From the NCBI GenBank assembly GCA_030264375.1, contig JASCQW010000122.1:43467313-43531312 (forward strand): a DNA stretch of 64,000 nucleotides, written 5' to 3'. Within the stretch, counting starts at the first letter, position 1, and each line of letters opens with the position of its first letter. This document shows positions 1 to 13,290 of the stretch, one piece after another. The notes under the pieces are model-generated. The model did not search any database. It saw only the letters and a program-made list of their open reading frames with translations, and was not told where the DNA came from. The position numbers were made by a program, and so were the translations under genes. Source of the stretch: Carcharhinus longimanus. Taxonomy: Eukaryota.

Positions 1-644
1 TATATTCAATCCCCCTCGCTATGAAGGCCAGCATCCCATTAGAACAATGAAATAACAGGAGGTAGCTCAGACATTACAATAGGAGTTAAATACAATACGT
101 AAATGTGGATGAATGATTGGCAGATCAGGCTTCATGCAGACAAGTATGAAGTATTGCCTATAGGAAGCATAATTGTTTACATACTCTGTATATCATGTTG
201 AAATAACGAAAAATGAAGTTGAAAGTGACCTCCTGAGTCTTAGTAAACTTGCAGTGTCCACTCGACACAGGCCCCTAATTGGATTCAGTCTAGTGGTTCT
301 TCCTAGCCCCATCTCCAGCACCTGACCTTCTATTTTACAGAAGCGCAATTAACAAAGCTAATAGAATACTGAAGAGATTTGCGTTCTCATGAGAACTTTG
401 CAAAATGCCATTCAAATATACACTTGCTAATTCTGGACATATTGAACTTTCTGTTAAAACACTTCTAAATTAAAGGACTCTTGCTCTTTAATGCTTTATC
501 ATTTTCATTGCACTGATTTTTTTCCTTCTTTCTAAAGGTGTGTTTATCTACAATTAATAAGTGGGTAAGAGAAAATGTCCATTTCTAAGTTGTATAAATA
601 GAAACCATTCATTGACCAATCGACTTATGAAAATAACAAAAAGA

Positions 645-795
645 AAAGCTTGGATTTTTATAGCACCTGTCATGACTTCAAGACGTCCCAAAACACTTCT
701 CAGCCAATTAAGAACTTTTGAAGTCTAGTCATTATTGAAATGCGGGGATAACTTAGCAATGACTAGATTATTTGTCATAATGATGTTGCTTGAGC
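645..795 (-). mobile_element. 3' fragment of a Deu-domain (SacSINE1-like) SINE
   Basis: ttatagcacc...gacgtcccaaa...cagccaat...cttttgaagt.tagtca matches the reverse complement of the recalled shark DeuSINE tail. Confidence 0.55.
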
Positions 796-959
796 ATGGT
801 GGGATAGTGATGTTATTGCTGGATTAGTAATCTAGAGACCCAGTGGACCACTGACAAGACAGATCCAGCAGAGATGGTGGTACAACAATGGCCTCCTTCT
901 GCACTGTTACAATTCTGTGATTTTACAGTCGGGAGGGAATAGCCCTGAGTCCTCAACAT

Positions 960-2750
960 CAATCCTGCACTCCACGAAGTCCCATGGCATCAGATCAAAC
1001 ATGGGCTAGGAAGCCTCCTGTTGATTACCATATATACTGCCACCTCCCCATGTCAGCTGATGAACCAGTCCTCCTCCTAAGATGTGTGGATTAGGTTGAT
1101 TGGCCATGCTAAATTGACCCTTAATGGCAGGGTGACTAGCAGGATAAATACATGGGTTACAGGGATAGGCCTGGGTGGGATTCTGTTGGTGCAGCCTAGA
1201 TGGGCCAAATGACGACCACCTGCACTGTGGGGATTCTATGTTGAACATCAGTTGGAAGAAGCATTGAGGATGGTGTGGAAGCAGAATGTACTCTGAGTGG
1301 GTCTGCGGAAGGTAGTGAGGAGAAAAACATGCTTGACTTCATCCTCACCAACTTGTCTGCCACTGTGTAAATCTGACAGTATTGGTAGAGGTGACTAATG
1401 CGCTGTCCTTATGGAGGCAAAGTTCTGTCTTCACATTGAAGATATCCTCCATTGTATTGTGTGGCAACACCGCTGTGCTAAATTGGATAGATTTCGAACA
1501 GATCCAGCAATTCAAGACTGGATAATCATGAAATGTTGTGGGCCAGCATCAGAATTGTACTCAACCAGAATGTGTAACCCCAAGCCCCAGCATACTCCTC
1601 ATTTACCATTACCAGCAAGCCAGGAAATCTGTCCTGGTTCAATGCAGGAAGGCGTGCCAGGAGCAACCATATTATTTGCATGCCCAGCAGCAAGTGATAG
1701 AGCTAAATAATTCCGTAGGAGAGGATCAGATCTAAGTTCTGCAGTTTTTCCATGTTCTGCAGTTTTGCCACATTCTGCTGTGAATGGTGGTGGACAAGTA
1801 AATAACTCCACTGGGGAGGAGGCTCCACAGATATCCCCACCCTCAATGATAGGGGAGATCAGCACAACAGTGCAAAAGACAAGGCTGAAGCATTCGCAGC
1901 AATGTTCAGCCAGACGTGCTGATCTACCTTGGCCTCCTCTGGAGGGTTCCAGCATCACAGATGCCAGACCTCAGCCAATTCAGTTCACTCCAGGTGATAT
2001 CAAGAAATGGTGAAGGCACCGGTAATTGCAAAAACTATGGGCTTGACAGTAGTACTGAAGGCCTGTGCTCTAGAACTTGCATGCCCTTCTCCAAGCTGTT
2101 CCAATATGTACAACGCTGGCATCTACCCACCAATGTGGAAATTTACCCACATATGTGCTGTACACTCACAGGACAAATCCAATGCAGCCAGTTACTACCC
2201 AATCACTCAACTCTCAATCATCAGTGACGGAAAGGGTCATCAGTAGTGCTATCAAGCAGCACTTGCTTTAGCAATAATCTGCTCGTGGATGCTCAGTTTG
2301 GGTCCCTGCAGATCCACTCAGCTCTTGACCTCATTTACAGCCTTAATTCAAACATAGACAAAACAGCTGAACTCCAGGGATGAAGTGAGAGTGACTGCTG
2401 TTGACGTCAAGGCTGCATTTGACTGAGTATGGCTTCAAGCAGTTCTAGCAAAGCTATAGTCTTTGGGAAACTTCTGCTGGATGCAATTGTACCTGGCGTA
2501 AAAGGAAGATGGTTGTGTTTGTTGGAGATCAATCATCTCAGCTCCAGGACGTCTCTACAGGAGTTTCTTAGGGTAGTGTCCTAACCCCATCTTTAGTTGT
2601 TTCGCCAATGACCTTCCTTCCATCATCCTGTTAAAAGTGGGTTTTTTCACTGATGATTGCAATGTTCAGCACCATTTCAAACTCCTCAGATGTTGAAGAG
2701 TTCATGTGCAAATGCAGCAAGATCTAGGCAATATCTAGGCTTGGGCAGAC
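960..2750 (+). mobile_element. Decayed CR1-group LINE ORF2 (endonuclease to RT), interrupted by an HE1 SINE
   Basis: RT remnants VRVTAVDVKAAFD*VW (about 2385-2435), GVS*GSV-like (about 2560-2585) and FTDDC (about 2647-2661); many stops and frameshifts. Confidence 0.8.
1075..1240 (+). mobile_element. HE1-type V-SINE, 3' half
   Basis: gattggccatgctaaattgaccctt V-domain and CR1-like tail ctgcactgtggggattctatg. Confidence 0.8.
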
Positions 2751-3369
2751 TAGTACTATGAGGCAGCAGTGCTTAACTACTGTGCCTCAGGAATAAAAAA
2801 AATCCCATTGAATCTTATCTGACGTTAGCACTAAACGTGAGAAGATTCTCGTCATCGTTACTTACCTCTCCTGACTTATCTTGGTAAGAAAGCAAAAGTT
2901 TGATTACTTGCTTTTCTTGGTTCTTTATGCATGATGCACTGTTAGGTAGCTGTCCACTCCCGGTGAGGTTCCCAGTCAGGTCACTTGAATGAAGCCATCT
3001 CTACATTTATGCACAAGTGGAATGTCTTAATGAATCTTCATTTTCTCAAACTGGCATGGAATGTACTCAGCACTATTCTGGTCAGATGCTTAGTTGCAAT
3101 ATCATCTTCATTCCCAGAAGGAATGAATTATTGATTTAACTTCTAATGAACTGAATAGAATCATCCTTATACGAGTTGGCCAATATCCCCCTTCAAGTAA
3201 ATTACAAATAAATCTTTAAAATGTTACCAATATAAAAGGGGAGTGAAGTATGCTGAAAAATTAATGGTGCTATTATAGAAATTGAGGAACAGTTTAAGGC
3301 AGTCAGCTGCTCAAGTCATTTTGGCTGTTGTAATCGATTGTGGCTGATTTGTTCCTTGACTCCAGCAGC

Positions 3370-3730
3370 ATTCTACCCCAACCAATCCCATAACCATCAA
3401 ATCAAAACTGTGCAGTCCTGCCATGTCCAGAGGTGAATATCAAATGACTAACCAGAGGAGGAGGTACAAATATCCTCAGTGATGATGGAACCTAGCATCT
3501 GATACAAAAGACAAGGTTGAAGCATTCGCAGCCATCTTCAATCAGAGGTGTCGAGAGAGTGACACATCTCCTGAGGTCCCAGCATCACAGGTTTCAGTCT
3601 TCAGCCAAATTGATTTGTTCTGTGTGATATTAGGTCGGTGAAAGTACAAAACGCTGCCAAGGCTGTGAACCCTGATGGACATCCTGGATGTAGGCTTGTG
3701 CTCCATAGCCAAGTTGTTCTAGCTCCTGCT
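3370..3730 (+). mobile_element. Second fragment of the same LINE family
   Basis: Parallels 1790-2100; shared aaaagacaagg(c/t)tgaagcattcgcagc and ccagcatcacag. Confidence 0.7.
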
Positions 3731-4539
3731 TAATTCTAACCATAATGCTTCCAGTGTCTGATCACCCTCACTGAAATCCTTTCCTATTCTCTAAAAGTCT
3801 TTCATAAACATTTCTCCTCCACTCCTAATTTTACATGTCCTTTCTAAAGACCTTATTGCCTAGAACATTTAGCCCAAAATCATAGTGGCTACTATACAAG
3901 ATTATTAATCTAAATTTCTCACTTTCATCTTAAGTTCTGCGCAGTGGTGTACAGAACTCTTATCTGTTTAACTGGTCCCACCTTGCCCATGTGTCCTATG
4001 AGTATATTTTTCACAATTGGACTTATCATTTTTGATGCTGATAATCAGTAAACTGCCATTTAGGTAATCTAATATGCTGTTTATCACTGCTGCTTAGTTT
4101 TAACAGCCAAGTTGTTAACTTCTGTTAACCTGGTCTGTTCCTGGGTGCTTTGTCATTTGTCACCCTTTGCATTTTGATCTTTGCTGTCTTTAATTCTCGC
4201 TCTTTAGGTTGCTATTATTCCTGATTGCGTTACAGTCATTCCACAGCTCTGGTTGTTTTTGTGGCTCAGATTATGAATCCAATTTAAATGGGATCTTCCC
4301 CATCCTAGCAATCCAATTTCTTGTCTTGATGTTGATGTCAGTGTCTACAAAATAGGGTCCCCTTACCTACTGTCTTTCATGTCATTCAACCATGTATTTA
4401 CTTTCCTGACTTATTTACCCTAAGTCCATTAGCACTTGGGGATGGCAATTTGGACACTTTCACCTTTGAAGGCTTGCTCTTTTATTTGGCCCTTTGCCAA
4501 GGATGGCTGGGATAGTGAGAGAAACAGTCCTGTTTCACT

Positions 4540-5430
4540 CATTTACAGGAGGAATAGGAGCAGGGGTAGTCCATTTGGCCCATCGGGCCTGCTCTACTTG
4601 TCAGTAAAATCATGGCTGATCTGATGTGACTGTAACTCCGCTTTTCTGCCTGTCCCTCATAACACTTGACTCCCTTGGTCAAAAATCTAACTAACCCAGC
4701 CTAGGATATATTCAATGAACCAGTTTCCACTGCTCACTGCAGGAGAGAATTATAAACACTAGTGATCCCCTTAGGAAAATAAATTCCCCCTCATTTCTGT
4801 TTTAAATGGGAGACCTCTTATTTTGAGGTCTCTGTCTTCTCTGTTCTGGATTTCCTTGACAAAGGAAAATGGCCTTTCAGCATCTATCCTGTCAAGTCCC
4901 ATTAGAGTCTTGTAGTTCCAATAAGGTCACCTCTCATTCATTCATCTTATCTCTACTGAGTATCTTGGAATCACAGAATTGTTACAATGGCAAAGGAGAC
5001 ATTTCATCCTCATGTACCCCTTACTGACTCTGCAGTTTGAAAAGCCTGTCTCTTTTACAGACCCGCCGTGTCGTCATATCTGGTTTAACTCCTTGCTACA
5101 CTAATTAGCACCACTTGACCCAACTGCTTTCAGGTGATTGACAGATAACTGTCACTCCGGGCGGTTCTCTGCTTAACAAGCTAGTCTAACTTATGTCAGC
5201 ATAATCATCTGTCTCTTCCACCTTCACCCCCCACCCCCCCACCCTACCCAACCCAACCCAACCTCCCACGTTCTGCTGACAGATCTGTTTAGCGTTCTGC
5301 AAAGGCAATCGTTTCATCCCAGGAGTCGGCCTAGTGAACCTTTTCTGAAGTGCTTCCAATGCCAATACAGTGTGTTCCTCCTTAAGTAAGGTGACCTAAA
5401 TGACATGCAGTACTCTGGGTGTCTTCTCCT
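4540..5430 (-). mobile_element. CR1 LINE 3' fragments with an internal insertion
   Basis: Typical CR1 3' end in reverse (aggaataggagcagg..ggccc) plus ORF2 C-terminal remnants. Confidence 0.65.
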
Positions 5431-5499
5431 TCCTATTTGTGAGTAGCCATAAGAGCCTGAGAGGCACTTTGGGCCTCATTACTGAAATGTCAGTTATAT

Positions 5500-5735
5500 T
5501 GACAGGGAGAGCTTCCCTGCTGCTATTTAAGATGGTGTGTTATTAACTGAAATTGGGAGAGCACAGAGCCTTTGGTTTAGTGCCTTATTTGAAAGATGAC
5601 ATCACCAATAGTTCAGCACTCCCTCAGCATTGCGCTGGAATTATTTTTTTTGTGCTCAGGTCTTTGGAGTGGGCCTTGAACTCGCAGGTATCTGACTTGG
5701 AGATGAGAGTGTGCCCACTGAGCCAGAACTGGTGC
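5500..5735 (-). mobile_element. Deu-domain SINE (SacSINE1-like), 5' part with tRNA-derived head
   Basis: gaaagatgacatcacc...cagcactccctcagcattgcgctgg...gtgctcaggtctttggagtgggccttgaac...ccactgagcca; minus-strand A box TGGCTCAGTGG and B box GAGTTCAAGGCC. Confidence 0.7.
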
Positions 5736-6444
5736 TGTTGGAATAATACCCTTTGCCTGCTTAACTAGGTCAGAATTTATCGCTGCCAAGATTGAAAATT
5801 CACTGAAATAAAACGCTAAATAGTGGATCAGTCAAACCCCCTGCCCAAGCTAAAAATGTCATTGCATTGTTTCGTGTTGAGACCTCAGCCTGTTGGATCC
5901 CACAACATTGGGAGAAAGGCATCAATGTTTTATGCAGTACAGTTAACCTCATTTGTTGTACAACTACATAATTTTGCAACTAAATTTTAATCACCTGGAC
6001 TGTTGAAATTGTAATCTATGTAGAATCTCTAGTCCACTTCCACTCTGAAGACTGAAGCAACTTCTGGAAGCTCAGCGTCACCTTCTGTGGGCAACTGTGG
6101 ATGGGCAATAAATCCAGCCTTACCAATAAGCTGCATATCCCACCATAATAAAAAGGACATCGTAAAATTCTATGCAAATTGCAATAAGCAATTTACTATA
6201 CTTGGAGCAATTATTGATCCCGTAAATATTGTGGAAACCAAGTAAAGCTTCCAGATTTCCGATTGTAAGAGGAACACTATTGTTCCTGTATTTATTTCCA
6301 CCGTTTATGGAACACTATTGCTTGGGTACATTGGTGTGGATGTTTGGAGTATTGATTGATCTCAAGTTGAGCATCTTTCCACACGTTTAATCAGATCTTA
6401 AGCTGCTCACTATCTCTCAAATCCCATCCAATGTGTACACAGAA

Positions 6445-7423
6445 TAATTTGGAACAAAGGCGGGCTCTTCAGCGCCTTGAACCTGCTCTGGTCTGTCAGA
6501 TTGTGACTGATCTTATTGTGGCCTCCGTACATTTTTCCTGTCTACCCCTTAGACCTTTTGACTCCCTTTTCAGTCAAGCATCTTTCTAACTATGCCTTAA
6601 AAGTATTGAATAACCCTGCCTCTGGGGAAGGGACTTCCCAGACTCCTATCTCTCTCCTCATCACCATCTTAAATTGGAGGCCTCCTATCTTAAACTATGC
6701 CCCTGAGTTCTAGTCTCCCCTATAAGGGAAAACATCCTCTCAGCATCTGTCTGTCAAATCTCCTCAGAATCTTATATGATTCATAGAACATAGAACACTA
6801 CAGCACAAACAGGCCTTTCGGCCCACTAGTTGCGCCGATCACTTCTATACCTCCTAAGCCATAGACCTATCTATAACCCCCAATCCCATATACTCATCCA
6901 GAAGTCTTTTAAAAGACCCCAGCGAGTTCACCACCACCACCACTGACGGCAGCTGATTCCATTCACTCGCCACCCTCTGAGTGAAAAACTTACCCATAAC
7001 ATCTCCTCTGTATTTGCTTCCCTGAACCTTAAATCTGTGTCCTCTCGTAGCGACCATTTCAGCCCTNNNNNNNNNNNNNNNNNNNNNNNNNNNNNNNNNN
7101 NNNNNNNNNNNNNNNNNNNNNNNNNNNNNNNNNNNNNNNNNNNNNNNNNNNNNNNNNNNNNNNNNNACCCTTGGGATATTCCAGTCGATGTTTGGGAAAT
7201 TAAAGTCTCCCATCACGACAACTCTGTTATTACTACATCTCTCGACATCTCAATAAGATTACATCTCGTTCTTTTAAACTTCAGTGGATACAGGCCCAGC
7301 CTGTCCTACCTTTCCTCATGAGATACACCCCTGCCTCCCCAGTCCCAGATATCTGAAAAGTGGACCTTCTCTGAACTGCTAACAAATTATGCTTTCTTAA
7401 ATAAGGAGATTGAAACTGTACAC
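6445..7423 (-). mobile_element. CR1 3' end with a nested younger CR1 tail (6782-7066)
   Basis: Minus ORFs TRGHRFKVQGSKYRGDVMGKFFTQRV and VQFQSPYLRK; (catagaa)n tail at about 6782. Confidence 0.8.
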
Positions 7424-9500
7424 CAGTGGTTTCTAAACTTTTTAAGTGCAAGATCCCTTTTAACATCAAAATTCAGGTAAAGACCTATTTTTAAAAATTA
7501 GGCTTTCCTAAAACTCCCCAAAATGTACTCCTATATAACAGTTATCTATTCTTAGTGTGACATTTGTGCTTTCAAACTATGAAGCGCTGTGAAGTCTGGG
7601 TTTTAGTTAAAGATGGCCAGTCTCATACAGTCCATCTGATGGACATCTGTAAGAAGAGTGCGATACTTGGACTTGATGATTTTCAGCTGGGAAAAAGCCA
7701 TCATCTCAGAGATATGTGGAACCAAAGTAGGCCTTCGCCTTGAGTGCAGGATGTAGGAAGAGGGTACTTCTCTTTGTTTGTAAGTCCCTAAAAGTCTTTG
7801 TCCCTTGACCTAGCTTTCAGCTCTGTCATTTTGCATAGTGATTATTTCCATGTCAAGTTCACTGTTTTGTTCTAAGACCTGCTGAAATTTTGCTGTCAGG
7901 TCTCCGATGTCTACTCGAAGAAAATAATTTGAGACAAACGTAATTTTGTTCTTTAACCGGGAGGACCACAGGCCCAGTTTCAACTTGAACATATTCACTG
8001 CACTGATCGTGTCTGACAAGTCTCTGTCCTTCCTCTACAGCTCATAGTTCAGTTCATTCAATTTTGCACTTGTGTCCGTAAGAAACGTCAAGATTAGCAA
8101 CCACACATTATCTGACAGCTCGCTGTACGCCTCATTCCTTGATTTAAGCAAGGTGCCAGTTTCAGGGAGAAGATCAAAAAGCTTCTGGAAGACTCCATTG
8201 TCGTAGTTGGCATCAGGCTTCTTGAGTAACGATTTGAACAAGTGAAGTTGCGGACCCCTGGCAAGGATTGAGTTGCTGATCTTGATGACAGTGCCATTAC
8301 ATGAGAAAAGTTAATAACCTTGCTTGCCACCGCTTGTTAGTGGATAGCACAGTGACAATTGGCAAAGGAGGGAAATTTGAAGGTGTTTTTGTGAAGTGCA
8401 ACAAAGTCTGCATTGACACCCAGCATTCACGGTGCACCATCAGTTGTGATACTGTGGATACTGTATTTTTCTCAGTCACATATCTTTTAAATTCATTGTA
8501 GNNNNNNNNNNNNNNNNNNNNNNNNNNNNNNNNNNNNNNNNNNNNNNNNNNNNNNNNNNNNNNNNNNNNNNNNNNNNNNNNNNNNNNNNNNNNNNNNNNN
8601 NGTCACATATCTTTTAAATTCATTGTAGACATCCTTGCCTAATATCCTCTGTTTGATTGGCAGGAGAGTGAGGAGGTTCTCCTTTGTTGTTGCATATTTG
8701 AATGCCATGTGAATGAAAACAGCAGGGCCGTATCTCTAATGTCTACTGACTCATCAAACTGCAGTGAGGAATATTCCTAGCCCAAGTCTTGGGTGGATTT
8801 GCTGAGGCACATCCTCTAACACCAATTCCACCCTTTTGGCTACTGTTAAAGTACCAAGTGGCATGCTCTTGTTGGCTCTCATAATTTCATCTTTGTTTTT
8901 AGAGTCTTTGAACAAGGTATCATCAGCAGCCATTAAAGCCTCCTTGAGAGCTTGTCCATCGGTGAACAGTTTCTTATGTTTTGCCAGCAGATGGCTAATG
9001 TGGAAAGAGTCTCTTTGCTATCCTTGCCTTTAGTCACATGTTTTGAGAAGAGTAACTGTTGAGCTTACAATATTCCCTTTAACTCCCAGCTTTCTTTGTC
9101 TGAATGGCACTGTTTAATGGGAAATTTTCTTGAAATTTTGCATGCATTGTCTTGTGATTAGGTTTCAAATTACTCCTTTTACTCAAGGCTACATACACTC
9201 TGTTGACAAATGAGACTAATTGTCTTGCCTACGACATTCATAAAAAGAAATTCACTTTTCTATTCCTGGTGGAAATGTAAGGTTTTTGCACTCTTGGATA
9301 ACCCTGACTTCTCACTCATCATTTTGTCTTCACCCAGCTTAATCTACCTTTTGGCAACTGCAGTAGAACAGCTAATGAGCAGGTTCACTCAGCATCACAA
9401 GAAGCCTGAGTCCCACATATTTTTGGCAACTAATGACAATTGACTTTTTGAGACTGCAGGATTGACCTGACGATCGTGATTGAGTGTTTGGAGACCGCAG
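7424..9500 (-). mobile_element. hAT (Buster/Charlie-type) DNA transposon with decayed transposase
   Basis: Imperfect TIRs CAGTGGTTTCTAAAC and (reverse complement) CTGCGGTCTCCAAAC. 8-bp TSD ctgtacac (7416-7423) / ttgtacac (9501-9508). Minus-strand remnants SLQFDESVDIRDTA, FLTDTSAKLNELN and FGSTYL. The flanks rejoin into a CR1 ORF2. Confidence 0.88.
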
Positions 9501-11600
9501 TTGTACACAATACTCTAAGTGTGATCAGCCACACTCCGTACAACTGTACGAAAACATTCCTACGTTTATACTCCATTACCCCTGCAGTAATTGTTAACAT
9601 ACCATTTGCACTCCTAGTCGCTTGTGCTACCTGTATGCTAACTGTGTGAGTCGTGCGCCAGGGCATCCAAATCCGTCTACCACAGAGTTCTCTCTCCATT
9701 CGTTTAATGTGCAACTTTTCTATTCTTCCTGCCAAAATGGGCCCACATTATACTCTGCCGCCCTCTCCACAATTTATTTTGATACCCATCTTAATGTCAA
9801 CAGCGCATTTAGCAACTTTACATTTCGTCTTTTCATCCAACTTATGGATTAAGATTGTAAATAGTTGAGACTCAACACTGATTCCTGTGGCACTCCAGTT
9901 GTAACATTCTGTCAACCCAAAAATGGCTCATTTATGCCAACTTTTGTTTTCTGTTGGCTAACCAATCCTCTCTATCCATGTTAATAAGTTACCCCCTTGT
10001 ACCAAGAGCTCTTATTTTGTGTAGAAATGTGTATGTGACACCTTGTCAAAAGCCTTCTGAGAATCTAAGTATACGACATTGCACAGATTCTCCGTTAAAC
10101 GTGTTGCTTGTTCCTTCCTCAAGAACTTCTAATAAATTAATCAATTCCTATTCCCCTTTCACAGAACCATGTTGACTCTGCCTGATTCCATTGAGATGTT
10201 CTAAATTCCCCACTATACCCTCAGCAGTCGATTCCAGAATATTCCCAATGACACGTTTCATTAACTGGCCTGTAGTTTTCTGCTTTCTGCCTCTCTCCTT
10301 TCTTCGATAGAGGAAGTTGCATTCACTATCTTCCAGTCAGATGAGAGTTTTCCAGAATCCAGGAAATTTTGGAAAATCAAAATCAATCTACTATCTCAGA
10401 AACCACTGCTTGACTCCAGGATGAAGTCCATCAGGAGCTGGGGACATTCCAGATTTTATTTTAATAACTTTCTTTATGACTGTAATTGTTTTAAGTTTCT
10501 CCCTCCCTTTCAGCTCTTGATTCATAATTATTTCTGATTTGATTTATTATTGTCACATATATTAACATACTTGCTTCTTGCGTGCTATACAGACAAAACA
10601 TACCGTTCATAGAGAAGGAAACAAGAGTGCAGAATGTAGTGTTACAGTCAAAGCTAGGGTATAGAGAACAGTCAACTTAATGCAAGGTAAATCCATTCAA
10701 AAGTCTGACAGCAGCAGGGAAGAAGCTGTTCTTGAGTCGGTTAGTATGTGACCTAAGACTTTTGTATCTTTTTCCTGAAGAAATAAGATGGAAGAGAGGA
10801 TGTCCAGTGTGTGTGTGGGGTCCTTAATTATGCTGGCTGCTTTGCCGAGGCAGCAGGAAGTGTAGACAGAGTCAATGGATGGGAGGCTGGTTTCTGGGAT
10901 GCTATTTGTACCTTCTACATTAAGGACAGATGCAAAATATTGTTCCATTCACCCACCATTTCCTTATGTTTTTAATTCTCTAGACACTTTAGAGGATAAC
11001 GACTCATCTTAGTTACTTTATTCCTTAATACCTGTGGAAATTCTTTACTGTGTATTTTTATATTTCTACCTAACTGACTTTCGTGCTTTATTTTCTCCCT
11101 AATTTTTTTCATCTTTCTTCGCTACATTTTGACATTCTGTCCAATCTTCTGACCTATCACTAATCTTCATGGAATCGTACACTTTTTCTGCTAATTTGAT
11201 TTAATCTTTAACTTCCTTCCTTACCCAAGGATGATCCATTCAATTCCTGGAGCCTTTCTCATCGGAATTGAGTGAGAATTTGTTGAATTTTATGAAATTT
11301 CTCCTTAAATGTCTGCCGCTGCATTTCTAATGGCCTATCCCTTAACCTAATTCCCAGGCCATCTTACTAGCTCGGTCTTCATACTCTCATAATTGCCTTT
11401 ATTTAAGTTTAAAACAGTAGTCTTAGACTGACTTTTCCCTCCCTGAAACTGAATGCAAAATTCACTTAAGTATGATCACTGCTACCTAGGATCACCTTAA
11501 CTCTGAGGTAGTTAATCTTGTTTCATTGCACATTACCTAGTAATAGCTCTCCTCCTTGTTCGGCTGGCTGTAGAACTTGCTGCTCTCAGAAACGGTCATG
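9501..11600 (-). mobile_element. CR1 LINE ORF2, continuation beyond the hAT insertion
   Basis: ANGMLTIT..MEYKRRNVFVQLY and DFQKAFDKV-like remnants (ccttgtcaaaagccttctgagaatc). Confidence 0.8.
10545..10892 (-). mobile_element. Rex1/Babar-type LINE 3' end nested in CR1
   Basis: SLPSIDSVYTSCCLGKAASIIKDPTH followed by TNRLKNSFFPAAVRLLN-like C-terminus. Confidence 0.75.
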
Positions 11601-11604
11601 AAAA

Positions 11605-11890
11605 TACCTCCTAGACATTTGCACTCTTCCAGCTGTGGCCTCTTGCACATCACTGATGCTCATCATTCCACCATTGATGACTGTGCCTTCACCTGCCTAG
11701 GTGTTGGCATTTCTTCATTAAACTTCTCCAACTCCTTTCCTTTTTCCTAAAATCTGACTCTTTGACTCAAGCTTTTGTTCAAGAGGCCTCATCTCGCTAT
11801 GTGTTTAGGTGTCAATTTTTGTTTGCTATTGTTCTCGTTTGAGATATTTTACTCTGTTAAAAGTGTTAAATAAATTCAAGTTCTTGTTTG
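11605..11890 (+). mobile_element. L2-type LINE 3' end
   Basis: ccaccattgatgactgtgccttcacctgcctagg and tail taaattcaagttcttgtt; homologous to 27330-27860. Confidence 0.6.
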
Positions 11891-12609
11891 ACCATTTGAA
11901 ATGAGAAGCATCTCTATCCCTACGTGTTTTCCTTGATGCGATGTTTAGTTTTAATCTAAAGTAGATTAACCACTGCGAATTTGGAAAGTAAATTTGCTCA
12001 TTAACAGCTGGTAACTAATGTAACTTGCTGCGTTTGTATCTTGTACGTTGATTTCTTTAAGGCACAGACAAAGTTTTAAGTGCACGCTTGTCACACTCCT
12101 GGTCAATGTGCATTGTTTTTGATCATCTGGCAATATTTTTTTGAGATTTTCAAACCTCATTTAAAAGCTTAATTCCCGATGTTTGCAGATTCTCGGTTGC
12201 CATTTAATATAAATCAAAGTCCAGCATCTTTTGAAATAATGACCTGCATTCTCTGCATCATATCTTGAACATTTACTTTTTTTAAGTGACCTTGCATAAA
12301 CTGCTGTTTGTACAAGATCACCAGTTTCAGCTTCACTTATGCACTGTGCAGCAGTCAGTGCAAAATACATACTGCTTTGTTTGGTTTAAATGTGTTGCAA
12401 AATAAATTGACCTCTTTCCAAATTATCGGCTGTTTACCTGCTCACAATAATATTCCAGTCGGGTCATCTCATGTCAACTCGATTTTCAAATCACAGGATG
12501 TAGGCCAGAAATCGACAAACGTCCACATAGATGTTGAGGAGCGGCTGGAAATGTTCTGACAGTATTGTCATCGTTGTGATAAACAATTAATTAATGGAAC
12601 ATCGGTCAA

Positions 12610-13290
12610 AGAGAGAGCAAAGTACAGCACAGGAACAGGCCTTTTGGCCCCAAGTCTGTGCTGATAATAATGACATAACTAAACTAAAAAGAAACATCCT
12701 GCCCTTACTCGGTCCGTATCCCCCTCTCGCCTCCCTATTCGTGTACCTATCCAAATGCCTCTTAAATGTTGCTAGTGTGCCTGCTTCCATCACCACCTCT
12801 GGCAGCGTGTTCCAGGCACCCACCACTCTGCATGAAAAACTTCCTCGCACATCTCCCTGAAACTTTCCCCCTCCCACCTTGAACATGTGCCCCCTTGGAA
12901 AAAGCCTCTGACTATCCACCCTATTTATGCCTCTCATAATTTTGTAGACCTCTATCAGATATCCCCGTCTTTCCAGTGAAAATAATGCTAGTTTGTTCAG
13001 CCTCTCCTCATAGCGAACACCCTTGAGACCAGGCAACATCCTGTGAACCTTCTTTGTATTCTCTCCGAAGCTTCCACGTCCTTCTGGTGGTGTGATGGCC
13101 AGAACTGCACGCAGTACTCCAAATGTGGCCTAAGCAAGGTTTTATATAGCTGCAACATAATTTCCTAATTCTTGTACACAGTGCCCCAGCTGATGAAGGC
13201 AAGCATGCCATATGCCTTCTTAACTTAGCCACCTGAGTTGCCCCTTTAAGGGAACCTGCACACCCAGATCCCTCTGTATGTTCCTCTTGA
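12610..13290 (-). mobile_element. CR1 (HER1-like) LINE 3' portion
   Basis: ORF 12587-13039 LPGLKGVRYEERLNKLALFSLERR...LIEVYKIMRG, plus RPHLEYCVQFW in an alternate frame. Confidence 0.88.

Noticed and set aside
8476-8630. Direct duplication on both sides of a 100-N gap (also 40135-40310 and 61270-61407)
   Set aside because: Typical contig-overlap artefact at fixed-size scaffold gaps, not a biological repeat.
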